Source: Spongospora subterranea f. sp. subterranea (lineage: Eukaryota). Taken from it: a stretch of DNA of 64,000 nucleotides. Shown piece by piece: positions 38,350 through 50,054 of this stretch. The DNA lies in assembly GCA_049724395.1 (NCBI GenBank), contig JAUGWO010000060.1, positions 186,001 to 250,000 of the forward strand, given 5' to 3'. Below the pieces are notes generated by a model. It was given only the letters and a program-made list of their open reading frames with translations, did no database searches and was not told the origin of the DNA. The stretch's first letter is position 1; each line of letters opens with the position of its first letter. A program made the position numbers and the translations under genes.

Positions 38350-38609
38350 GAAAAATTGAGTAATTTTGTCATGCCACCTGGAAAAATCTCCGTTTTTGCT
38401 CATCGCACTTTTTCACGCACTTTGTTGAAACAAAAATCGTTTGAAAAATTGAGTAATTTTGTCATGCCACCTGGAAAAATCTCCGTTTTTGCTCATCGCA
38501 CTTTTTCACGCACTTTGTTGAAACAAAAATCGTTTGAAAAATTGAGTAATTTCGTCATGCCACCTGGAATAATCTCCGTTTTTGCTCGTCGCACTTTTTC
38601 ACGCACTTT
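38350..38609 (+). repeat. 93-bp subterminal tandem repeat, ~2.8 copies
   Basis: GAAAAATTGAGTAATTT(T/C)GTCATGCCACCTGGAA... starts at 38350, 38443 and 38536. Confidence 0.95.
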
Positions 38610-38680
38610 TGACGGCAAGAAAAATATCGTCGCATTCTGCGGGAACCCACTACCGAATTCATATCTGTCTCTCGAACCTC

Positions 38681-41677
38681 ATGTCCTATGTTTATGAGTT
38701 TCGCTCGAGTACCGGGACAGACGTGTACCCCGTTATTTTGAGGTTTTCTGATGTTGCAGGGGACGGTGCCTGCTTCTACCATGCATTGGCGAAACACCCT
38801 TCAGTCCCTTTTGCCAACGGACTTGCGTTGAAGGAACATATGTTTCGCGAAGTTTTGAGGGAAGAGGTTCGATTTCACCCCTTAAGTAAATACAGTGATT
38901 GGGCACAAAATGCGAAGGATTACGCAAACACGCACCTTGGGGATCCAAAGAAGTATGCGGATGAAACAACGCCGTTTTTTGTCACTGCTGTCCTCGGCAT
39001 CGATGTCATAACCATAAATGTGTTTGGTGAAGTGTTCCGACCGTCAGTAATGATGCTCGACTCTACCGATCCAGCCGTTCGGATTCTTGTTCGGCTTCCA
39101 CTGGTTAATGCATTTGTTCTTCATCATACATTTGGGAAGTCAAATCAGTGGCATCTCCAATCGGAAATCGCGTGTCAGCGAAATCAGCTGAACCACTTCG
39201 GTGCTTTGCTAGGCTCTGAGAGCCTTTGTTTACCAGCCACTGTCTATCTGAATCTCTTGAGGCGAACTGAAGTTGTGATGGCTATCGGTCAAGAACATCC
39301 TGCCAAGGTTGTATCTCTTTCAATTCATACTCTACCGATTTTCATTGTTTTGGCCCAGCGGAAAAAGACGGAGAAGTGGTCGTTTTCGTCACGCGACGGC
39401 GTTCCTCGGCCGGACGTTACCCCGTTGACAAAAGTCCACCAATCATCAATTCCTGGCGGCAAAGAGCCGGCGAAAGCAGCGGGAAATCAGAAGATACTTT
39501 TGAAATGGCTGTCATCGCATAAAAACAATTTTGATTTGGCTTCAAAACTAGATGCCCTGGTGGAACATGAAACCAAACGCCGATCCGCTCGAAACCTGTT
39601 TTGTTCAATCAGAGATGTCGATATCAGAGATGACCCTGATAGTGAAGATGTGCATCGCTGCATTCTTGAAATGGTAATTATGTTGGATAGTATTATAATG
39701 GTATGTAACTCCCCTCAGGTTTCGCATGTTGTGTCAACCTTGTCGAACAGTCAACCTTCACCATCTAGCAGCATTGTACCGTTGCTCTCAAAGCGTACCA
39801 AGGAACTTTCTTGGCTGCAGAGGTCTGCCGTAGTTTTCTTCTATTTACACCCAAAATTGGGTCGCCGCGATTATCAACTGACTTCGAAAGTGTTCGCACG
39901 CCCCAAAGGTTGGCACGGTGGTTGTTGCTCCTCTAATGTTAACACTAACTGCTTAATTCAGCTACCATTAAGTATTGGGTCACCAGCATCGAATGTAACA
40001 GAGCTATTGGTGTTCATTTGACATCGATGACTGCTAAGTCGATTGAATCCTTGCTTCCGGAGCAGTTTCGCAATCTTGCAGCTCCGGATAGCAAGGTTCA
40101 CTTTGTTATTCGCGTTTCAGATCATGCACCGAAACAAAGTTTATTAGTCAATGGCAGCGACGGGTTATCTTGCCAAGCTTTGTCAGCCAAAGCAAGACTG
40201 GTTAATGATAATGCTCAATTACAGTATCTACCGGGGACATTATCACGACGAGCCGGTGCTGGCAGGCCTAACTCATTTCTCCACATTCGCTCTCGTATCG
40301 TTGAGATGTTAGACCAGTCTTGGGAATCTGGTACTATTCGGTTGCAACCAGTATATGCTAAGAGTCATAACTTTGGTTGTTAGGTCGACTCATCACTACA
40401 GAGCAACTGTATCAGTTGATAAGGAATGAATTTTCTCGCGACGAAAAATTTTTCACGGCGAAACTCGATTCTTCAAAAAAGTCACACCCCAATTCGCTAC
40501 ACCAGTTCGTGCGCCGGGTCTTGCTGGACAACCGGTATGAACTTCGGAAAGGAGCTTGCTTATATATGTCAGTGAATAGTTGATGACAGGTTCTCTACCC
40601 GCACCCCAACCGTTTCGCAAAGCATTCCTCTGAACTGGAAAGAATTAGCAGAAAATAACGCTGAGTATCTACGAAAGTTATTTCGATCAAAAAACGTGGA
40701 TGTCGTGATCACAGCGGATGAGGTTTCAGTCTCGGACTACCAAACTGTCGGTTCTTACTCTATATTCAGGTGTTTTTGAAGTTTCATGAAATTGCCTTAA
40801 AAGCCATTGGCAAAACGGGAGAAAGACATATCGGAAATATTGTGCAAGCGCACGACGAGAAACTTGGGGCAACGGTCATGGTTGCGTGCGAACTGTTAAC
40901 CTCTCAGTTATTACCGGCAATGATAATATTTACCGGAAAATTTGGTAAACGGCTGTGTGACCAGTATCAACACCACAAACCCTCGTTAATCACTTTTAAC
41001 GAGCAACACTGGATGAATACTACAACCTTTAAGATGTATCTCAGGTGGATTCATCTCTAAAAATTATCGAAGCATGCGATTTACTAATTCTGTTTTCAGA
41101 TTTGTAATGGGATTATTTCCAAATAGAACCATAGGATTGACGGTGGACCGATGCCGTCAGCATTATGGCACAGAGATTGACAGTTTTGTTGATGAGAGTA
41201 TTCCGGGCAAGATCGTCTTAGGGTACATTGGAGAAGGACTTACACCAATTTTGCAGGTTTTTTTTGTGAGGTTGAGATTGGAGTTTATTTCAACTTTTTA
41301 CAGGTACCTGATGTGTGTATCAATCGCGCTTTGAAACAGCGTATCCAAAGTAAATATTATTTATTAAGAAACGATAAAGCGCCACAATTTCGCCCAGGTA
41401 AACGACATAATCAAAAATTACGTTTTCAAAATATTTATTTGCTGTAGGTGAAAAGTTTCATGTAACTCGTGATGACATGATCGGTATAATAGAGTCGGTC
41501 ATCAACGAGATCAATTTCGAGAATCGCCAATCGAAGTGGATAGCGAACGCATTTGTCAAATGTGGGCAAGACCCGTGGAGCGTTTCACTCGCAGAGTTCC
41601 GACGCCATTTGGATGACCTTGCTACGAACAGTTTGTACGCGGCAATGCTCAAACACCAGCAGGCTCTGAAGTTGTAA
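38681..41677 (+). CDS. OTU-like protease fused to a pogo-type DDD transposase, up to 9 introns, no disabling stop found after manual splicing
   Basis: OTU: DVAGDGACFYHALA...NHFGAL. Transposase: AGRP, FSTRTPTVSQ, VITADE, TVMVAC...PAMIIFTG, HWMNTTTF, LTVDRCRQH, GLTPILQVPDVCINRALK, AFVKCG. About 38 residues between the 2nd and 3rd Asp. Confidence 0.85.
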
Positions 41678-42280
41678 ATACAACCAATAAACAAAGCTAC
41701 ATGGAATATTGTCCGCATTTGACAACTCATTCGCTATTTCACTAAAGCTCTGAACGTCTAAAGTAATCACTGATGAGTCAGTGATGAAGATTGACGACAC
41801 ACCTGACCAAAGCACAAGTATGTTTAGTATATACAGATCATGTGGTATTGTTCCAGGACGATGTCGATGGAGGTACCAGTAGAGCGCGGAAGGTAAATAC
41901 ATGTATACAGTACATACCATCCGAACATCAAAAAGAGGGTTGCGCCGCTCGGACATTTCCTCACTGTCAGGTCGCCAAATGGATAAAATTTTGAATTTTG
42001 TCATTGCAAGGGCTCTCAGATGGGATAATTCTGTCACCAAATCTCTAGAAAATGGCACTAATTTTGTCATTTCCACGGAGTTTTGCGAATTTTGTCAGAT
42101 GGATAATATTGTCATCTACGGTAACTCGTTTCGTTTTTTCAAAAATGTTGAATTGTTACTGAGATATCAACTCCGTAAGTTGATAGGCAGCAGGACATTT
42201 TGAAACCTCAATGAGAAAAAACAAAAACCGACAAAAAGTTGCGATCGCAGTTACATAAGTGCGCCGTAGCGCAAATATTA

Positions 42281-42570
42281 CTCCCTCTGTCCCGCAGTGT
42301 TTGTTATTTAGATTCCGTGGTCTGACCTTGTCCCATTTTAATTGTTAGGTTTATTGAAAACGTACAGAATGATTCATTCACATACCTACGTAGTGTTTCT
42401 TGCATTCTTTTGACAGCTTCAAAGTCGCAGCATATCGATATAAGAGAAGCATGTCTGCGCGCTCCAATCGGTCCTTTCCCTTGTGGGGAATCTTGTACGC
42501 ATTCCCACCTTCATTTATTCAATAATTGATTTCAAGCACTGCTGGAGCGTGAGGAATATGGAATTCAATG
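42281..42570 (-). mobile_element. 3' remnant of a plant-mariner (DD39D)-like element with a Stowaway-type TIR
   Basis: TA|CTCCCTCTGTCCC at 42279-42293; the minus strand reads IFLTLQQCL...GGNAYKIPHKGKDRLER. Confidence 0.75.
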
Positions 42571-43606
42571 CTTTCATATGAAAGACGAATGACGTCATAC
42601 GAAGGAGACTTCACGGAAAATGAGGTCGCCCCGAAACTCAATGAAGGAGAACGGCCTCTGGTGTTGGTGACTCATGACTATTCCTGTTTTGGATCAAATG
42701 ATGGACGTTCTTTTGTTTGGATAAACGAAGACAAGAGGGAGATTCGTCCTAAAGGTAACGGAAGAAGCCTGATGGTATCAGCATTCTCTGTGAATGCCAT
42801 GGTCTCCTGCGATAGCCAACAAGCCCTTAACCCTGAAATCCTTCAGGATTCGACTGTTTTCTTGAAACCTGGAGCAAACGCTGAAGGTTATTGGAGAAAC
42901 TGCGACCTCGTTCAGCAGTTGAAAAAAAATTTGGCAATACCCATATTCCAGTTTCTGCATCCTGGTTGTGATGGAATCTTCATGTTTGACAATTCGCAAA
43001 ACCATCATGCAATTGCTCCAGACGCTCTGTACAAGATGAATATGAGCGATGGAGGGCGAGATGCCAGATCATGCGGTCTGGATGGTACATCGTCAGCTGC
43101 GGAGAGCGCATCGAACAGACCATGACGACTGAGAATGGACTCTCGAAGGGCCTCAAGCGTGTTCTGTTGGAGAGAGGTTTGTGGATTTTGGGGACTTTCA
43201 GTCCAAGAAGCCAAAAACCTGTTGAAGGAGCAACAGACTTCAAAAGCCAGATGGAATGGCTGCAAGAAACTGTAATTATCCAGGGATTATTCGTCGATTT
43301 CTATCCCAAGTATCACTGTGAGTTTAATTTTACAGAGATGTTTTGGGGTGCAGCCAAAGCGTTTTCAAGAGTTCGATGCACATTTCGCTTTGACGAATTA
43401 GTTGAACTGGTTCCAGAAGCCCTCAAAAGTGTTGCTATAGGCAAAATTAGCTCGTAAATCCTATCAGTAAATGGACGCTTACCCGCTTCCTAATTTTGCC
43501 TATAGAAACACTTTTGAGGGCTTCTGGAACCAGTTCAACTAATTCGTCAAAGCGAAATGTGCATCGAGCTCTTGAAAACGCTTTGGCTGCACCCCAAAAC
43601 ATTTCT
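42568..43606 (+). pseudogene. Tc1/mariner-related transposase remnant with a terminal inverted duplication
   Basis: LVTHDYSCFGSNDG, PKGNGRSLMVSAF, FMFDNSQNH, KGLKRVLLERGLW, FYPKYHCEFNFTEMFWG; frameshifted. 43334-43450 is inverted at 43490-43606. Confidence 0.85.
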
Positions 43607-43749
43607 ATTCCCTTAATCACAACCAAATTGAGTTTGCAGTCAAACAGTACCGCGGTCATCGCATGATCCCTCTGCGCATATTGCCAAAACCTTGAATAAA
43701 TCAGCATTTTTTTCAATTTTCCTCACGCTTTATATATAAAACTGCGCGC

Positions 43750-44400
43750 AATTATCAGATTTGAGATTGAAACAAGTTAAAGATGTCCGCTACTGTACAA
43801 AGGTCGACCACCAACAATCGTTGGACCTTGAATGAGGTTTGGAAGTATTGTGTGCAATGCGTTATCTCAAACAATAAAACATATTTGGTGTCGATTATTC
43901 TGCAGCTGCGGAATGAAGTTGTTGCTTGTGACCTCATTCAATTTCAAAGAATGAGCTTTACATACCCCATTCTCCTCATGCTTGGCCACATAATCCATGA
44001 ACGCTGATTGATCCTCGGATCGGGGATCTTGCACGAAAGAGGCAAACGCTTGAGAAATTTTCAACGATGTTCCTCAAAAGCCTCCTTCAACAAACCAATC
44101 ACGTTGTTCCTGTCCAGCTTATATTTACTGCCAGGGCTCTTGAAGGATTGATTCAGAGGCTTGTTGGAATGTTAATGCAGCTCCAGAAACACATCACGGC
44201 GAACCATGCGTCCGACATTATCAACATCGGCTTGGCTTTGTCGACGTTTTCTGGAGCGTCAATCCTTCGCTGGTTAACTGGATTTGATAACAGCCATCGC
44301 TTCATTTTGACAATATCACCAATCACCAAAAAGGAATGCAAACGGCGGAACTTCGGAGTCTCAATTTGCTAATTGTGATTTTGTTGTGATGAAAAAATCA
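43750..44400 (-). pseudogene. Degenerate transposase-like remnant (possibly ISL2EU/Harbinger-related)
   Basis: Broken frames with weak resemblance to the C-terminal part of such transposases, inside a TE island. Confidence 0.25.
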
Positions 44401-44537
44401 CAAAAACGTTAAAAGGTGCTTAGTTTTGAAGATATTGTGATTATTTTGTTAACCATTTATTTTGTGAAGTACGGTAAACAGATGAGGAATCATGGTCAAA
44501 ATAGCAAAATTAATATATTTATTTATACTTATTTAAT

Positions 44538-45005
44538 TTAAAAACTTGAAGACTTAAGCTTTCAAATAAAGACTTTGAAAGCTTTCTAGCGCTGAGAGAA
44601 AAAAGGGGAACTGAAATCAATTGTACTCAGAAGCGAATGAAAGACTTTGAAAGCTTTAAAAACTTAAAGACTTAAGCTTTTAAAAAAGACTTTAAAAGCT
44701 TTCTAGCGCTGAGAGAAAATAGGGGAACTGAAATCGATTGTATTCAGAAGCGAATGATGTTCATCTTCCTAGACCGTGTGAGGGTGGGTGGGTTTCTATT
44801 GGCAATTCACGATGGAATTGGTTTCTCATGTCCAAACTTGTTTGCAAAGCGCGGTGAAACCCTGCATCCTTGTTCTGAGAGTTAGGTCGGACTAAGTTGC
44901 AGATCGCAGGATGGCGAACGTTCAATATTCTTTTTTCCGTCTCTCTTCTATTAATCCATTCAGAATACAATCGATTTCAGTTCTCCTATTTTTCTCTCAG
45001 CGCTA
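44538..45005. repeat. AT-rich direct repeat pair plus an inverted partial copy
   Basis: AAAGCTTTCTAGCGCTGAGAGAAAA..GGGGAACTGAAATC.ATTGTA.TCAGAAGCGAATGA at ~44578 and ~44695; inverted at ~44960-45005. Confidence 0.85.
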
Positions 45006-45079
45006 TGTGGTGTTTTTTGGCGAAAGTACTGGCCTTGACTCGATGATATATCGGTAACTTTCAATCATCACGTCGCCAG

Positions 45080-46400
45080 AGTTGACTACATATTCGCGTT
45101 CGACTATCATATCGTTCGTTTCTTTATGGGACAAGTACATTACAGATTTCGCCAGATGCAATGCTGCTAATGAAGCGCATCAACGTCAATCGGTCCCTCT
45201 AAGTGACAGTGAATTGTGGTCTGTCATGAGGGACAACAATCTGAAGGCATTCTGGCGGCTCAGGTTGGAAGAACTCCATGTTCGGGAAAACAAGATGTAC
45301 TGATCCATCATATTGTATGTCCTTGTGGTGTTTTTCGGCCAAAAAACTCTGTCAGCGGGGACGCCTGAGTAGTAAAGTAGCCACTCGTAGAGAAAAGGAT
45401 AAAAAACAGTATGGGTAGGGACTTCGACAACTGTTTTCAAACTTAGATGGTCTAGTTTAACAATGAAATTCGTGACGATTTCAATTACCCTCGCAGGACC
45501 TCGCCATATAAAGGATTGTTTTTTCACCTGCAGCACGTTTAGTGACTGAATACAAAACGCAGTAACCAACTTGAAAATTGGCAACAGGGTCAAAGATAAC
45601 GATAAGAAATTACGTTTGAGTTTCAGTTTCAAAGACCGATTTTTTCACATCAACAAGCGTTTTTGGTTGTACAGTACAACCTTCGCGATCTCTTCGATGC
45701 TGGGGGTCTCGGAGAAGGAAACTCAAACTTGGTTTCTGATCGTTTTCTTTAAGGCTGGCTTCACGTAGAAGTTTTTCAGCTTGCTTTAAACCCAATTAAC
45801 GACACCTTCGCACATTGTGTGTTCAGGGACAGGTGTCAAAGGTGGCGTGCAGGTTCAAACATACTTCCTCAATTATCTGACTTAGAAAGAGTGTCCCTTG
45901 TTCTGATACCCATAGCACCTGTACGTCGTTACGCGAACACCAATCAAACGATCGCTTTTGCTATGTGTTGAGCATTAGGAAAATTTATAGGAAACTAGCC
46001 TATATTCCCGGCAAAACGATCTCTGATGACACAAAAATGCTATGTAATATTGCTTGATAATCCTACGTAAAAATAATCAAATTCGATTATATGATTGGGG
46101 TACTGAGCCTCGGCAGTAGCGCCGAACGGGGGGCATTGCCGAGCAAAAGTTTCAACGCTTTTGACGCCAGATGACGTCAAAGGCCTTTTTACAGTTCGAA
46201 TACGGCAGCACATCACTGTTATTTTTGATCGTGCAGATTGGCCCAATTCACAGGGAAACCCAACAGGTTCGCCAAACCTCTCAGGTACAAGTCGCCGAAC
46301 TGTCGACGGTCAAGGGTTGTTAGCTGTTAAGCCACGGTCTTTGGCATTTGGACATTTGCTAATGATTGGGCGATGATCCAACGCGGTGGCACAGTCAAAT
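45080..46400. mobile_element. Scrambled Ty3/gypsy remnants (gag-like piece on +, integrase pieces on -)
   Basis: Minus-strand [11 protein letters not shown] and PFGAT...PNHIIEFDYFYVG integrase-like motifs; many stops. Confidence 0.55.
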
Positions 46401-47086
46401 CGATATAAAGGAAATGACCTCCGAAAAGAGTATACATGGGAATAATGATTTCGCTCACTCAATCCGAGATCTTTCGTGTCTCAATAACGATAATAACACT
46501 TTAACTCACTAATTATCGCCATTCCTAGGAAATGCAAACAATAGCAATACCAATAGCTCCCTCCCGTGGTGGGTAAAGTGTAATGGAAATGGCCATCACA
46601 TTTATGGGTCTTTCGTCACTCACAAAGGTAATGCTTGTGAGCCATATTCACCGAGCGAAACGCCACAAAATACCCGCCCACCGAGGTAATACCATGATCC
46701 CAATCCGAGTTATGATATCGCTGCCCCTACGACTCCTTGTCGTTGCCGATGACGTGCCCATAGCGCCAGGTACGTGATCCCCTAATCGTATTGTACAGGG
46801 TGGTCGGAGACTGGGAGAGTGCAGCCCACTCGACCTGTGTATCGGCAACACCTCACATAAGGGCCCGACTCCACGAATCCATCCTGGGACTCACGGTTTG
46901 TTCCGTTCCATCCCGGATTATTTTAAAGTGCGCTGACTACTCCGTCACGTCGCCCATCTACGTTCTACAACATTTAGACTGCCTGACTTTGATCATATAG
47001 ATCGAGACTGACAGAACAGAGGAGAGGAGCGGCCGCTCACATATTCATTGGACTAGTTTTTTGGCGTTTGGATCAGTTAGAAACAA

Positions 47087-47994
47087 ATGACCTACGATTC
47101 GCTTCTCGATGCGGCCCGAGAACACCGCCTCGTGTCAGATGGCGTTGGCGATCTTAAGTCTTGGCTGGAAGGATCCCACCAGACTGTGAACGCGGCCGTT
47201 GAGAAGGTCGGGCGCCCTTTCGCAGATCCGATAAATACAATGGTTGGCGTGGCGGATAACGCCATCTCATGCACCGTAGCAGCGGTTGAAGAGAAAGTAT
47301 ATAAGCCGGTTTTAAATAAGAACGGGGCCTTTACCATTACCGTAATTGCAGCTTGTTCCCTGTTAATGTTGTATTGAACAAAATTGATAGGGGGCCGTTG
47401 AGGTTGCCAACGAAGGAGTCACAGATCTTGCCAAGACTACGTACGCATCTGTTCAAAAAAACGTTGTTTCCGCCCTTAGCACGTCTATTAACTATGTATT
47501 GCCCGGCGAAGAACCTGAATCAACGGAACCCGAAGAACCCACATTTGTCAGCGATTTTCATTTCTTGTATTATCATTTGTCTAACCATGAAATTTCCGAG
47601 ATAGTCGAACGTTGCGGGCACCCTGCACCGAAGACTCACCCACAAAGCTTCAGGAGTAGCCAGGAACGTTAAATCTTTCGGAGAAACTCATCTTCCATCA
47701 AATGTAGTTAACGCCGCCGATAATGCTGTATCAACAACGCAAACAATGTATGGAACTGCGTGCTCCAATGCCAAGTCGGCTGCGGAAGTTACCAAGGCGG
47801 TAGCTTTCCAAACCTGGTCTCATGCGATGACCGTACATCCGTTTTTCGGTTTACCCAAGGAGCTTGGATCACTGGCTCTGCAGTTAGCTGGGCTGCAACC
47901 TTGTGGACCTCTTTACAATTCAGCTAAGAAATCCCTACAAGAAGTTTTCTCAGCTTATAAGCGCCTGTTACTATTCCAATGTCCGGAGCAGTAA
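47087..47994 (+). CDS. Perilipin-like (PAT family) lipid-droplet protein, 3 exons
   Basis: AVEKVGRPFADPINTMVGVADNAISCTVAAVEEKV, Ala/Val/Thr-rich amphipathic stretches, INYVLPGEEPE, AGTLHRRLTHKA. Confidence 0.5.
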
Positions 47995-48084
47995 TACCCA
48001 ACATCGTTTCCTCGGTCCTTTTAATTAGTTCTATATCATACAGAGAAAGAAAATCTTTCATCTGGGTTTACTATTGTCTTCTAT

Positions 48085-49994
48085 CTATAGACTTTTCTGT
48101 AGCCTAGATATCAGATCCGCCTTTTTTCCTAAACTTGAGAGTCCGGCTTCTTCGCACATCGTTCTCAGAGCTGGTAAAAGCTTCCGCTTGAGGTTCGCGT
48201 TTAGGTGCTGCTGCATTGGCACGATTTGCTCCTTGTTTCTTATACTGGTCTCTTCAGGGTCGATCCCCTCATTTCTGTGGTGCAACTCCTGGGCGGGTAA
48301 GTGCTTCGGCTTCAGTCTATGCAGCTTCTTTTTCCTGCCTTTGATGGTCTCTGCTGCCTCCGCGTTCTTGTGGTGCAATCTGTTGGTGAGCAAAGGGGTT
48401 TTCTTGAAATATACAATTTCTTGGACACTCTGGGAGTGTCGGTGCTTTCTCCTGGTTGTAGCCATGTAGATTGCTCTTATCCGTTCCCAATTGTGGACCG
48501 TACTGCATTTTTTTGGCAGTAGGTCCTGATTGTGCCCCTTCAAATGATGCTACGCTCTTATCGTGCGAAACTATTGAAAAACTCGTCATCTCTACCGATG
48601 ATGCGGATTCTGGGGAGTCTTGATTTGGCAAAACAGCGGAGTAATCTTTGCGGTCGCTGTCTACATTCATCTCGCTCGCTTTGCGTAAAGTGGTGACGCT
48701 TGTACAGTCCACGAGTCGGATTACTCTCTGTAACCTCAATGTTCGGCTGCTTGCCTCCAAAATCCGCAGAGCCTATTGCAAGTTCACCATATATGAATAA
48801 CGTTTGCTCACAAGTACATACTTCTTTGATCTCCGCTTTCATGCTGTGAATAGCTGCTGCATTCAAAGGTTGATTAAACATTGTCAATCCCGAAAGACAA
48901 ACACATGATTCTGGGTATACGAAATTGGAATTCGGAAGTGATCCTGTTTTGAATCCATTCACAGTGATGAATGGCATTGGCGTAGCATTCTTTGAAAGTT
49001 CATATCCTTGTCCGTATTTAGCTGGCCAGTACAGACGGAAGAAGTCATCGATATCTGAAATGTCGATTCCAGTCAGAACATTTGTCGTGCTTGTAGCAAC
49101 TTGGCGAAGTGATGGCAGAACATATACTAGGGATGGAAGACGTTTCCAATTATTTTTTCTCGATACAGACAGGAGTTGAAATTTGAAGTCAAGTTCGCAT
49201 AAGAGCTGAGTAAATTCTTGGGCTCTTTCCAATATTTTTTGTATGCGAACAGTCAGGCGCATTGCTAATATTGTTTTTCCTGGCTTAAGAGTGTTAGAGT
49301 AATGCCCTCGCAACAAAAAAGCGCCCAATGGAAACCATCCATTTTCTCTGCACAAATTAACAAATTCAGAGGAACACGCAAACAGAAAAATGTGATCCAT
49401 GTACATGAGTGAGGACGATAAAGAGTATGAAACCAACGTTTCTATGATCCTGTCCTCGAAAGCTGCTTCAGAGAGTTTTTTTCGATTCTTAATGGTAATA
49501 TTGGCCGGCGTGGTTCTGTCAAGCCCTGCCGTCATTATGTGCCTAAGTTTCATCTACCTCAGCTCTTGGCAAACCCATGGCAGCGCAAAGCGAACCTCTC
49601 GTAAATTTTCAGTACAGTGTTTTCGATATGCTCCGAGGTTGAACTGGAGATAAGAAGAAGATCAAATTCCGTCTTTGTCATTTTTACTGGGATACACGCC
49701 ATATGTCCATGGTTTAATAAGCACCGACTGAGGGCAAACGGAATTGCAGACCGAAATAGCAGTCCTGGTTTCGATATGTCCCCTTCATTGTCATATTCGA
49801 CGCATATCGACAGCAAATGAGTCCCGACGGTTACATCGCACGAGAATACAGAGGTCACCATTACCCAAGCAGATGATGATAGAATGAATCAGGCGCGCAA
49901 TCGCAATCGTAATGCAGGAGTACTGGACACAGCGACGAATGGTATCACGAGTAACATCATCACGCCCACGTTCAGGGTTACACAGGCTCGGCAC
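48085..49994 (-). CDS. Hypothetical protein with a C-terminal SAP DNA-binding domain; junctions unresolved
   Basis: Terminal LLPALRTMCEEAGLSSLGKKADLISRL is a SAP motif; upstream 331-aa ORF on the same strand. Confidence 0.55.
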
Positions 49995-50054
49995 TGACCT
50001 GTGCTGTTACCCTCTTGTCGTGATGGCACAGCGTCGGGTTAACGCAAACCTGCC

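Larger units (their letters stand above)
38228..42121 (+). mobile_element. Full-length pogo-type (Tc1/mariner-related, DDE_1) DNA transposon, 3894 bp
   Basis: Perfect 24-bp TIR CCGTAGATGACAATATTATCCATC at 38228-38251 and its reverse complement at 42098-42121; TA on both flanks; subterminal AATTTTGTCA motifs near both ends. Confidence 0.93.

Noticed and set aside
38356..38697. 113-aa ORF with a 31-aa repeat; possible CRISPR-like array
   Set aside because: It is the translation of a 93-bp subterminal tandem repeat. The units are near-identical with no variable spacers.
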